Below, piece after piece: positions 50,384-64,000 of a stretch of 64,000 nucleotides of DNA (within the stretch, counting starts at the first letter, position 1; every line of letters starts with the position of its first letter). Below the pieces are notes generated by a model. It worked only from the letters and a program-made list of their open reading frames with translations, was not told where the DNA came from and ran no database searches. The position numbers and the translations under genes are program-made. Where the stretch lies: NCBI GenBank assembly GCA_964016885.1, contig OZ024756.1, positions 30,504,001-30,568,000 on the forward strand, read 5' to 3'. Source of the DNA: Eledone cirrhosa (taxonomy: Eukaryota).

Positions 50384-50570
50384 TAACAAAGGAATTGTGG
50401 TAAGGAACCAGATGGACCATAACGCACCAGAGTATTCAATACTTAGAGTTGTAGAGTGGGAAATAGGAAAAAGTATGACCCCGACGGCAGAGCTCAAGCC
50501 GTTTCGACGGCTATTGCTGTCCAGAAATAGCCGTCGAAACGGCTTGAGCTCTGCCGTCGGGGTCATACTT

Positions 50571-50575
<5 letters not shown>
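50384..50575 (-). mobile_element. Fold-back element, family A
   Basis: Tail plus inverted arms around CTATTGCTGTCCAGAAATAG. Confidence 0.85.
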
Positions 50576-50608
<33 letters not shown>

Positions 50609-50929
50609 TTATGTAACCTTATCATATACTTGGTATTTCCTTTCTCTCCCACTTCTGGGCTCATTTCTCTTTCTACTCCTTATAGTTTACTACCTTTCTT
50701 TTCTCAACGCCTTCCATCTTGCAGCACTTCACGTACAGACAGAAATAGCCATGTCACGTTAATTTGCGAAATATGAAATATCACTTCATCAAGTGTGAAA
50801 ATATATAGATAAGAAGTTATATTCGGAACTTATATTGTTTGATTTCCAAAAAAACAAAGAGATTGAACAATGACACGAACACAAACATACACATTTATAT
50901 ATATGTATATATATATGTGTGTGTGTGTG

Positions 50930-51020
<91 letters not shown>

Positions 51021-51021
51021 G

Positions 51022-51307
51022 TAACGAAGGAAGGTGTGGTAAGGAACCAGGTGGACCATAACGCACCAGAGTACTCGATACTTAGGATAGTAGAGTGGGT
51101 AACAGGAAAACAATCAGTTCAGATCTAGCTTTCAAACCGCCGAAACTCAGCCATCGGGGTCCTGACTCTTTTCCTATATATATATATATACAGAAATTTA
51201 TAAGTTTGTAAATTTGTAAATTTATAAATTTATAAATATATAATAAATTGAAGTGAAAGCAACTGGTGCGTGTGTTTCTTATTGGCAGCATGACCCTCCC
51301 AAAGTAT

Positions 51308-51313
<6 letters not shown>
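51022..51313. mobile_element. Family A subfamily element (51022-51177) and family D 3' piece (51191-51313)
   Basis: Homology to 46090-46243 and 55095-55214. Confidence 0.75.
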
Positions 51314-51386
<73 letters not shown>

Positions 51387-52218
51387 GAGTTTTAGGGATG
51401 AAAAAAAATCACCTGCGAAGCATAGATATTTTCAACTATTTTAAACATTACTCAGCACACAGAAAAATAAAAGAGATAGTGCTAATGACGACTTATCCAT
51501 ATTTATTGTCATCTAATAAGAGAATAACTACTACTATGATTCCGTTTACGAATGCATTTACTTTCGTTAACACTGGTCTGAACATTGCTAGATAATAAAA
51601 GCTGGATGGTCCCGGCGTGAAAGTGTTGTATGATAGATATTTTCAATCAGAGCCTAGTTGGAGAGTTACATAGCAATCAAATTTCCTGTATAAAAACAGA
51701 CAACAACTCGCAGATCATGTAGGGCGCTAAGGTAGCATCTAATTATCACGCGTGGCTTCCAAACTTAGATGCTATTCAAAATCTCAGTAATTATTGCCGT
51801 AAAACGTCTGTGAAAATCCTAATTATTTTTGACTCGTCATAAATAAAAAAAATAGTTTCAGAAAATATGAACAACCGCAATATTTCACATCCGTTAGTTA
51901 ATGCTAAATTATTGCTAGACGTCTGTCGAGTCTCAGTTATTCCGATCCATATAACTCGAAAATTCGCAACCGATGATAAATTAGCCTGGAAAATATTCTT
52001 TTTTTTTCGGTTTATATTATTCTTCTTGTTTTTTTTTTATGCATCAACGTTGTAAGATATTTTATGGTCGTATTGCCGAGAAGCCTCAATTTTTTTAAGC
52101 AGCGAGAGAACAAATTGCTTTCCACACACAAACACACACACTCACACACACGTATACACAGGCACTCATATATATATGTCTACATATATATATATACACA
52201 CACACATATATATATATA

Positions 52219-53522
<1,304 letters not shown>

Positions 53523-53750
53523 ACGAATCTGTCTTCAACGACCTCCAGCCACTACTCACTCACTCAATGAGCTAATAAGTTTGCAAGTGAGAAAAATTCC
53601 AGCTAATAGTCAGAGTGTACACAATAGTTAATCAGTACGTTAGATGGTAGTGTTTTGGTAATGATACTGAATAGATTGCAGCATTCTGTCTATAACAGTT
53701 GTTATTAAAAGTGTTATATGCAAAGGATTATATATATATATATATATATA

Positions 53751-53959
53751 AAACGAAGGAAATGTTGTAAGGAACCAGATGGACCATAACGCACCAAAAT
53801 ACTCAATACTTAGGGTAGTAGAGTGGGTAATAGGAACGAGTAGGACCACGGCGGCTGAGCTCAAGCCGTTTCGACGGCTAATTCTGGACTAATAAAAAAA
53901 CAAAGTCCAGAATTAGCCGTCGAAACGGTTTGAGCTCAGCCGTCGGGGTCCTACTCGTT

Positions 53960-53963
<4 letters not shown>
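53751..53963 (-). mobile_element. Fold-back element, family A
   Basis: Arms ATAGGAACGAGTAGGACC..TCTGGACT / AGTCCAGA..GGTCCTACTCGTTCCTAT with an A-rich 13 nt loop. Confidence 0.85.
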
Positions 53964-54015
<52 letters not shown>

Positions 54016-54111
54016 ATCACCATCATCGTATATATATATATCCATGCTAAAATGGACGTAAAAGAGGGATGCTGATTTAACTAAAGATTTTCCGGCCAAT
54101 TCCATCGATCC

Positions 54112-54730
54112 ACATATGAGGCTGTGTTTCCATTAGTACTTTGGAAACCACAGGCAGTCACTAATAACAGGGGGCACAAGCTCTGCTATCCCAATTTGCT
54201 GGCCACTGCCATCGTGCCACCTATGAGGATGTGTGCCCATTAGTACTTTGGAAACCACAGGTAGTCACTAATAACAGGGGGCACAAGCTCTGCTATCCCA
54301 ATTTGCTGGCCACTGCCATCGTGCCACCTATGAGGATGTGTGCCCATTAGTACTTTGGAAACCACAGGCAGTCACTAATAACAGGGGGCACAAGCTCTGC
54401 TATCCCAATTTGCTGACCACTGCCATCGTGCCACCTATGAGGATGTGTGCCCATTAGTACTTTGGAAACCACAGGCAGTCACTAATAACAGGGGGCACAA
54501 GCTCTGCTATCCCAATTTGCTGGCCACTGCCATCGTGCCACCTATGAGGATGTGTGCCCATTAGTACTTTCGAAATCACAGGCAGTCACTAATAACAGGG
54601 GGCGTATCCTCTCCTATCCCGATGTCATCTCCAGAGATTCTGGTATTGAAATCAATGACTTGGCAACGGCAATGAACGACAGACCCACGTGGAGAGCAAT
54701 TGTTGAGTCAATTTGGGCTGAGGCTGCCGG

Positions 54731-54779
<49 letters not shown>

Positions 54780-54780
54780 G
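54112..54780 (+). mobile_element. RTE-like LINE 3' end containing a 107 bp tandem amplification (~4.7 units) and a (GAT)n tail
   Basis: CATTAGTACTT at 54131, 54238, 54345, 54452, 54559; peptide FAGHCHRA..PLVLWKP..SYPDVISRDSG..AMNDRPTWRAIV* then (GAT)n. Confidence 0.85.
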
Positions 54781-54856
54781 CGTTAAAAAGAATCCGAAAC
54801 AAAGTACATCTCTCGGCAGCGTTCCTAAGATTCCTCTGCTTATATATATATACATA

Positions 54857-55340
<484 letters not shown>

Positions 55341-55367
55341 GATTTATATATATACATATAAATATAA

Positions 55368-55452
<85 letters not shown>

Positions 55453-55652
55453 CATATATATCAGAATTTAAGGATTGACACACATATACATACGTTAAAA
55501 AATATTTAATTGGTAAGCAAAGAAAATTTAGATAAATGCAAGATGTTGTTAAGTTCGTGAACTTAACATTAATAATTGATTTTTTACTTCACCTGAGAAT
55601 GGAAAAGGCAGTTAATTTTAAATTAATTACTATAAATGTTATACATACATAC

Positions 55653-55727
<75 letters not shown>

Positions 55728-56171
55728 TATATATACGTTTTTATTTCACTTTTCTTCAATTAAGTTTTATTCATTTTTATCCATATTAAGTGGGAAATTT
55801 ATTAAATTACTGAATCTGAAATAAAATAATAACGATTTTTACCAATCACCAACCAACCAACCGAACTACACCAACAAAGTAGACGAGGAAGAGGCAGAAG
55901 ACTGATGAAATTACTCTGGTATTTAATTATAGTAATTTTGAAAATTTTGTTGAATGGACAAGAGCATCAGGCATGGAGGTTATATATACATTTATATATA
56001 TGCATACAACACACACATGCAATCACACACTCATTAACACATTAACACATGCGCACGCGGGCACACACAGACACACAGACACGCGCGCGCACGCGCGCAC
56101 ACACACACACATACACACATATATATATATATATATATATGAAAATGTGTCATTTGGAATAGCTATGATCA

Positions 56172-56694
56172 TACAATGAATAAAATATGATGGACGAAGA
56201 CATCGGGAAAACGAATAAAACACAGTGTATTCCCTTTTCATCAGTCGATCTCTGGAAGTCACCATCGTTTCGGTCTATTATGGTCGAAACCAATACCTCA
56301 TAACCATAAAAAAAAATCATTTTTAATTTGATATGTATTTAACTTTATACCATGTGGTTTCTTTATCCTCTTCTCTGTCTTTTACTCATTCACATTCTCT
56401 GATGAATGTTTTTGTCGAAACGAACAATTTTTCTCTCACTTTAACTTTTGTTCATACCTTTTCTTCTTTGTTGGGCTTTATTTCTATCTCTTCTTCCCAG
56501 GTGCAGCTCATTGTTTTGTAGCGAAGTTTAGTTATTTGTATATGTTGTAAATCGAGTTCTCCTGTCTAGTTACTGTCTTGGTACTGTCTTATGTACAATG
56601 GAGCCACGATGACCTCAAAACATTCGACTGATGAGAAGGGGATCCACATCGCTTTCTGCCTTTCTCTGTTGTCTTCACCCACCGTGCTTGATTC

Positions 56695-56698
<4 letters not shown>
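56172..56698. mobile_element. Old fold-back-like element (family K) with diverged ~75 bp inverted ends
   Basis: 56172-56247(-) aligns with 56625-56698(+): CGACTGATGA.AAGGG.AT.CAC..TGTCTTC..ATTCATT. Confidence 0.55.
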
Positions 56699-56779
<81 letters not shown>

Positions 56780-57427
56780 ATATAAATATCTGTGTGTGTA
56801 TATAACCCAAAGAAAGAAATAATGAACATTTCAATGAATAAAAAACAAAAAAAACAACATGCCTATTCAATGGAATTTGATCTCAAAGTGTGCTGAACAA
56901 GAGGAAGAACAAATACCAAGTTCTACTCGATCTAAAGATTTAACGTGGCGGCCAATCCACAGATTGCTGATGATTGAAAAAGTTACTGATTATAAAAATA
57001 ATTCATTTAGAGTGTAATTATGTAAATTACCTTATCATTTTACCCCCCCAAAAAAACAAAATATTTGCAGAACATATTTAAAAAAATATAATAGAAAATA
57101 TAATACAAGAAAAAACATGAAATAATATATAATATATAATATGTAATATGGTAATACAATTTCATTATTGGTTCCATATTTGTTTGCATGTGCATTGTGC
57201 ATTTTGATGAAGCTCGATTTGAATCGTTTCTTGAAATGCTTGGATGCAATAATTCTCTATAAATCAACATTCCCAGAACAATATTATGATGGTCAGAGTA
57301 TTTTTAAAGCAATTTATCCAATATTAGATTGTAAATTCACGTGATTGTGTGATTGTGTTTATTCCATACGATAACACATAGCCAAGACAGTTCTGGATAA
57401 TGCATAATAGAAATGTAGAGTACAATG

Positions 57428-57499
<72 letters not shown>

Positions 57500-57626
57500 T
57501 ATGTATGTATATATTTGTGATATCATATTACTGAGATTAATCTATGCTTCAAATCAAATGCAAAATTATATATTCATACATACATAAATACATATATACA
57601 TGTTTCCATGTACGTATATATATAGT

Positions 57627-57892
57627 AAAAAGTATGACCCCGACGGGGTCATACTTTTTCCTATTTCCCACTCTGCTACCCTAAGTATTGAGTACTCTGG
57701 TGCATTATAGTCCATCTGGTTCCTTACCACAATTCCTTTGTTATATATATATATATATATTTCCGGTTGGTTGGTTCCACAACCAGATGATTGTTCACAT
57801 ATTGTCAACATGACCCTCCCAAAGTATAACAATATCGGTTGCAACACACGTTTTCAGATAAAGAATCTTGCTAAACAAATTCAGAAACGAAA
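57627..57892 (+). mobile_element. Adjacent short fold-back elements: family A (57627-57742) and family D (57760-57892)
   Basis: AAAAAGTATGACCCC-GAC-GGGGTCATACTTTTT plus family A tail; then inverted D piece joined to D 3' end and tail. Confidence 0.85.
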
Positions 57893-58426
57893 TATATATA
57901 TATCAGTAGTTGTATGTTATTCGAAGGCCAAGACAATGCAAAATAGATTTTGGAATGAATTGAAGGCAATGGAGTGTCACAACTCAGACTTGTTCATGGA
58001 CAGCTAATTTATTGTGTACTTAATAATATGGCCTACTGAAGAAGGTCGGCATGTTTACGTTACTAATTATCCATTTCATAATGGTAATTGTTCTCTTTTC
58101 TCAAGACACGAATCAATATTGTATAGTAATATTTTTAGAGTTCTGCTTGATTATATGTTGTTTATTTGAAAGATATTAAAAATGTTTTATTCATAACATT
58201 ATCGTTTATAAGTACGCTCTATTTTTGGTTTTCTCACACCAAATTTACATTGAGCAGTTAAAGCATAATGACTCAATATTCTGTATCGACAAACTCATTT
58301 ATATGTATTACTCATATTTTTCCAGTTTTTTGTGGGTTCAGCCTAAAATGTATTTAGTAAAAAATACGACGAAAGCTTCTATTTCTATTTTCAAACTCGT
58401 TCGCTGTTTCAATGAAAACTTGCTTG

Positions 58427-58540
<114 letters not shown>

Positions 58541-58674
58541 GTAGAAGTTATATTTAAATTGTTGGAATACAACAAGCAAATATTTTTATAACTGATATAA
58601 AGCACTCAACAAATTATTGGAGTAAAAATACGATATATTAACAAATGGAAACTATATTTATAAAACCATATTTA

Positions 58675-58735
58675 TTTCATTATACATATTTCAAGGACAC
58701 AAAGTTAAATTATGGTGTGCTTTCATCAGATAAAA
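58675..58735 (-). ncRNA. Type I hammerhead ribozyme motif (family F, left arm)
   Basis: TTTTAT-CTGATGA-AAGcACACC..tGTGTcCTT-GAA-ATATGTAT-A-ATGAAA. Confidence 0.7.
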
Positions 58736-58948
58736 TATAATATAGATCAGTTTCATAAATATTTTTCCATACCCCAACGGCTTATTTTAAATCTACTGTG
58801 ATTTAAACATATCCGACACTAATTTGCATAATAGACTAAATAAATTTAACAACCCCACTATCCGGGAGCTTCCAACAGAAATGGTCGCATTCTTTAAGGG
58901 TATGTCAATATTTATTTATAAAACTGATCTATATTATTTTATCTGATA

Positions 58949-59009
58949 TTTTATCTGATGAAAGCACACCATAATTTAACTTGGTGTCCTTGAAATATGT
59001 ATAATGAAA
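58949..59009 (+). ncRNA. Type I hammerhead ribozyme motif (family F, right arm)
   Basis: TTTTAT-CTGATGA-AAGcACACC-ataatttaactt-GGTGTcCTT-GAA-ATATGTAT-A-ATGAAA. Confidence 0.75.
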
Positions 59010-59104
59010 TAAATATGGTTTTATAAATATAGATTCCATTTGTTAATATATCGTATATATATATATGTATAAATATATACATATACGATACACACACGCA
59101 TATA

Positions 59105-59190
<86 letters not shown>

Positions 59191-59287
59191 CGATACACAC
59201 AGACACATACATATATATGTGTGTATATATATATATATAATACACACACATATAGATTTTAGTCTTCAAATTTATTATTATTATTAC

Positions 59288-59468
59288 TTGGCAGTATCGG
59301 TAAAGGGTCGGACGCCATGCTTTCCAGCATAGTTACGTTCCTTTACGATCTAAGTTTAAATCCCGCCGAAGTTGTCTTTGCCTTTCATCCTTACGGGGTC
59401 AATAAAATAAAGTACCAGTAATGCACTGGGTAATTTCTGGCCTTGTGCCTAAAGTAGAAACAATTATT
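59288..59468 (+). mobile_element. SINE S full copy
   Basis: Match to the 191 bp unit; flanked by TTATTACT-like repeats. Confidence 0.9.
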
Positions 59469-60108
59469 ACTATATCCATATATATATATACTTATTAGTT
59501 AATGCCGCCCTTAAAATTCACATTAATATTTAAACATTACTTTATTATTTCATGTTAATAATTGTTTATCCACTTAGACAAAAGAGTTACAATTGCGCTA
59601 ATTTCCAAACAACAGCTATTCATGATATATCAGATACCATTTACAAACAAATAATATGAACTCTTATTTGCAATCTTGCAGTTTAAAAATAAAATATTTA
59701 AGCTCAGTATACATTTCTGAAAGTCTTTACTCGTCTGTAATACAAGCCATACACATCCAAGACCACTCACCACCAAACATCACTTTCTGCTCTTAATTTG
59801 AGTTCAAAATTTATAGTATAATACAGGAGATAATACGGTACATGAAATTGAAATATATGCACTTTGCTTCGATCTCAGTCTACTGTGTAATCACGACCTA
59901 ATATATTAAGTAGAAATCATTGCTTTGTAAGAGACAGATTAAACTGTTTGAAAATAAAGCCAAGAGCAAAAAACAAAATGAAAGTAAAAAGATAAACATA
60001 AACAATAAAGGGGGGAAACCAAAACTGGATGAGATATATATTTTCTAGACTAAAAGCAGATCTATAATCAATAGCGATTATCAGGCATTCAAAATGATCA
60101 CAAATTGC

Positions 60109-60216
<108 letters not shown>

Positions 60217-60318
60217 TATATATGTGTGTGTGTGTGTGTGTATATATACATATAATACATATATATATACACATACAAACATACAGAGGTATATATATAT
60301 AGCTATATATATATGCAT

Positions 60319-60373
<55 letters not shown>

Positions 60374-60719
60374 AAGTATATATATAATATATATTAAATA
60401 AATATATTTTATATATATACATATATATATACATATATATATACATATATATATATACATATATATATACAAAGCGAGAGAGAGAGTGAGAGAGACAGAG
60501 AGAGAGAGAGTGTGTGAAAGACATATGTAATATTCATTTCATGCTTAGACACATTCCTAGGGGATTTTATGATTGAATGATATTGATCGTATTCCTTTTT
60601 GTTACTTCCGTTTTATTGTTCATCTAAATTATGATTGTGAAAGGGATTCATGAAATACCGTAGCTCAGGGAGCTCTAGGATCAATGATCTTCCAGCCATG
60701 ACTTTCTCTGCTATATATC

Positions 60720-61098
60720 TATCTAGGGCGGGTAAAATTCCCGAGATCCAATGACGAGTTCTCTCCAGCAGTCTCTGTCCTTCATCATCGCTGCCATGTC
60801 CTGCGTCTCCAAGAGACCAGTGTCTGTCCTTAGGGCATCAACATATGTCAACCTCGGTATCCCTCTTCTACTGTGTCTATGCAGGGGCTCCCACGGGTGC
60901 ACTGAGTGCAGTGTCAACTCTGAGTGTCGGAGAACATGTCCAGCTAACCTCAGTCTCCTCTGTGCCACTCTCCAGCTGACTTTAGGAAGGTTCCCGTACA
61001 GATCTCAGTTCGTCATCCTCAGTGTATACTGATTAATGTTCTGAGCCATCCTCAGCATTCTCGTGTAGCACCCATCCACCATCTGAGCGAGTTCCTTA
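60720..61098 (-). mobile_element. RTE-like LINE 3' fragment
   Basis: VDGCYTRMLRMAQNI..VAQRRLRLAGHVLRH..WEP..RRGIPRLTYVDALRTDTG..MKDRDCWR*. Confidence 0.85.
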
Positions 61099-61280
61099 CC
61101 TATTTTGGGTGGTATTAAGGTTATGTTGCTGAAAATGTAAGACGAACACCTACGCCAGTCCATCGCAAGGGTAATTACCAGCTAGTCTTGTAATTTTTAA
61201 CTCAGTGAATTGGATATTTAGGAATAATTTCTAGATTTTTTATTTACCGTAGAGTGGCATGATAGTTGGGTAAGAATCAT

Positions 61281-61460
61281 ATATATAGTCAAGTCACCGT
61301 AAAAGAGCATGAGATGTAGTCGAGATTTAGTAGCTATTTATAAACATTCAACTCATGGTAACAAACCCCATCAGATTAATCAGGATTTAGTAGCTATTTA
61401 TACATAGTCAAGTCATGGTAAAAAAAGCATGAGATTTTGGCGAGATTCAGTAGCTAGTTA
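61281..61460 (+). repeat. Degenerate 60 bp tandem repeat x3
   Basis: GATT(T/C)AGTAGCTA at 61324, 61384 and 61444. Confidence 0.75.
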
Positions 61461-62328
61461 TGGTAACTAGCCCAGTTACCATAGAATCGCATGTGGTTTT
61501 TTGCAAGATGAGATTTGTTTTTGATTTCTGGCTTGTAATTTGATTTGAGGGAGATTTTATAGAGGATCTCTAGTTTGTAGATTTGGTAGCGAGTTGTAAT
61601 TTGTAGCATGACCGCATATAGGCATTCTTCTTAGCAGCATATGAATTTAAATTGTCTTTTGATTTGGTGTCTATTTCTAGCTCGTCTAGACACCGTAGAG
61701 AAATATGTAATTTGAGAAAGATTTAATAGCGATTTCTAGGTTGTAGAGTGACTGCGAAGAGGAAGTATGTGATTTGAAGGCGAGTTGATAACTATTTCTA
61801 GCTTGAAGATTGACCGCATAGAAGCTTCATTCTTGGCACTACATTGGATTTTAAATTGTCTTTTTTAGTATGTTTAAACAATGTTTGGTTTATTTTAAGA
61901 TAGTTGACACCATTCATTCGCAATCCTGCTCATGTTTCTCCGAACAGAAACAAGGAAAATAAAGGAAATAAAGATGCAAAGCAAGGCAAGGAAGGATGGA
62001 AAGAAGAAAAGAAAGAAGGAGCGAACGAAGTGAGGAACAGAGAAAAGAAAAAAAGAAAAAGAAGGAAAAAAGGAAAGACGGAACGACCGCGCTAACAAAA
62101 TAAATACATTTTTCACCTTGCTGGAGGCTATTTGCAGTGAATGGAATTAATAGATTCTGCTGTCAGTCACGTGGTATATCCTAAAATAAAGCTATAAGTC
62201 TCTGGTGATTCTGCAGTATACTAATAATAAATGGCTTCGAATTTTTTATTGATACAAGACTTCACATTGTTAGACAATGCACACACTCATTCACAAACAC
62301 ACAACGAAATCATGTATATATATACATG

Positions 62329-62455
<127 letters not shown>

Positions 62456-62457
62456 TT

Positions 62458-62646
62458 AATTGGTCGTTTTGGAAGCATCAACAATGCAGAGGGGTAAATC
62501 TCCGGACTGATGGAAGCGAAATCCGAAATATAGGGACAATTAAATCGCTTCCAAGCTAACTCTATCTCGTGTTATTATTGTTGAGGCTTACAAAACGACC
62601 AATTTTATTATTCCACAATGTTTCAAGCAAACTTCAACACTCTCCT
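62458..62646 (+). mobile_element. Fold-back element, family J
   Basis: AATTGGTCGTTTTGGAAGCATCAACAAT / ATTGTTGAGGCTTACAAAACGACCAATT plus tail; internal GGA..TCC-GAA-ATAT-A-GGGAC resembles an HHR 3' half. Confidence 0.65.
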
Positions 62647-62659
62647 ATATATATATATT

Positions 62660-62960
62660 TGTTTTGCAAGGTTTTTGATATGATATCGTGTTTTGAAACA
62701 AATATTGCTATATTTGGGGTGGCTCTTATTTTTATAATATTGCCAGAAATAATAAGAGAACACACTCACTGTTTGGTCTGGGTTGGTTTTCGCTTCTGTT
62801 TCATTTATATCTCTTTAGTTAATTTATCTGGCAATCAATGTTTATCATTGATTGACCAACGGTTAAAAATACAGATATGAATATATATATATAGTCTATC
62901 AAAAATCTTTCGTCACACATCTGAGACGTGACACCATCGGTGGTACTATTATGTTTCCTC
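62660..62960 (-). mobile_element. Longer, diverged family E copy
   Basis: Homologous to 50191-50302; includes a decayed D-like HHR (GTCAC..GTGAC-GAAAGA). Confidence 0.6.
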
Positions 62961-63165
62961 CCATCGTATTGTAATGCCTGGCGCATCAAGCGTTAACGTA
63001 ATATATCACTTCCATATACTCTACCGATTGTGTGGGTTATTTCTATTTACCTTTTACATACACACATACACACATATACATATATATATATATAGGAGAA
63101 ATAGGAGAAAGTGACAAAGATGAAAACAAAACAAAGGTAGAAGGGTTACCGTAGTGGAGATTTAA

Positions 63166-63201
63166 TCCCAATATTTCGGGCTCACGCCCATCAACGGGGG
63201 A
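63166..63201 (-). ncRNA. Core-mutated minimal hammerhead motif (family L)
   Basis: TCCC-CcGtTGA-t-GGGC-gtga-GCCC-GAA-ATAT-T-GGGA; stems intact, two core substitutions. Confidence 0.55.
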
Positions 63202-63273
63202 CAGTTCCAAAATGGGGGTGGGGAACAGGCTAAGCCGGAGAAAGTTGTGATGTCGTTAAAACAGGAATGCCAT

Positions 63274-63356
<83 letters not shown>

Positions 63357-63388
63357 AGATCAAAAGATGGTTAAAGGAGTTCCATGTA

Positions 63389-63455
63389 TTTTATTATGCG
63401 CATTTCAAAAACAAACATCATCATGCAATAATATTTGTGTTTTCATCAGATAAAA
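63389..63455 (-). ncRNA. Type I hammerhead ribozyme motif (family B) in element 63352-63510
   Basis: Reverse complement matches 48851-48917. Confidence 0.82.
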
Positions 63456-63511
63456 CAGGAGAACGTGATATGAAAGCTAAAGAACACTTGTGGATAGTGC
63501 AGTTTTAAATC

Positions 63512-63785
<274 letters not shown>

Positions 63786-64000
63786 CAGTCCATCGGGATA
63801 TAATAACAATAACACTGTAATATTGTCGATAATGTTCTGAATGCGACAGAGCGATTTCCCTAAATTTATGCCATGATATTTTTCACTATTTGAACTCAAA
63901 ACGTTAAAAAAAACATAAAACTGGAGGATTCACGATGAATATATATTAACAGAAGCTCTAACATTTCAGTCTATCCAACACGATGACCAACTATAACGAT

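Larger units (their letters stand above)
58541..59055 (-). mobile_element. Fold-back element, family F
   Basis: Arms ~58627-58765 / ~58905-59055, ~140 bp spacer, tail 58541-58626 sharing AAGCACTCAACAAA with family G. Confidence 0.82.

Noticed and set aside
51600-52100. CpG-richer stretch with TATAAAA near 51689 as a promoter
   Set aside because: No associated exon or ORF; TATA-like words are uninformative in such AT-rich DNA
54112-54620. CRISPR-like periodicity
   Set aside because: The entire 107 bp unit repeats, it derives from a LINE ORF, and the context is eukaryotic

Overview
This is an AT-rich, microsatellite-dominated eukaryotic scaffold. The (TA)n density and the tRNA-derived SINE family suggest an octopod cephalopod, which is an inference from recalled repeat sequences. 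No intact protein-coding gene is recognisable, and nearly all ORFs in the track are translations of simple repeats. Recognisable content: a ~4.6 kb near-identical duplication across a 200-N gap (probably an assembly artefact); many copies of a tRNA-derived SINE, including a 3x191 bp tandem array; 5'-truncated RTE-like LINE ends; an R4/Dong-like LINE end (CCHC + restriction-like endonuclease); a hAT transposase relic; and one plausible promoter/first coding exon near 24.7-24.9 kb. The main discovery is a dense population of about ten families of short non-coding elements embedded in (TA)n arrays. They share the architecture (TA)n - inverted truncated arm - sense arm - unique 3' tail - (TA)n, and carry hand-foldable type I hammerhead ribozyme (HHR) motifs (about a dozen with intact core boxes). 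In three families a fold-back junction falls at or within 1-2 nt of the predicted self-cleavage site. This fits non-autonomous, microsatellite-targeting Penelope-like or retrozyme-like elements. Folding and alignments were done by eye, so element boundaries are approximate.
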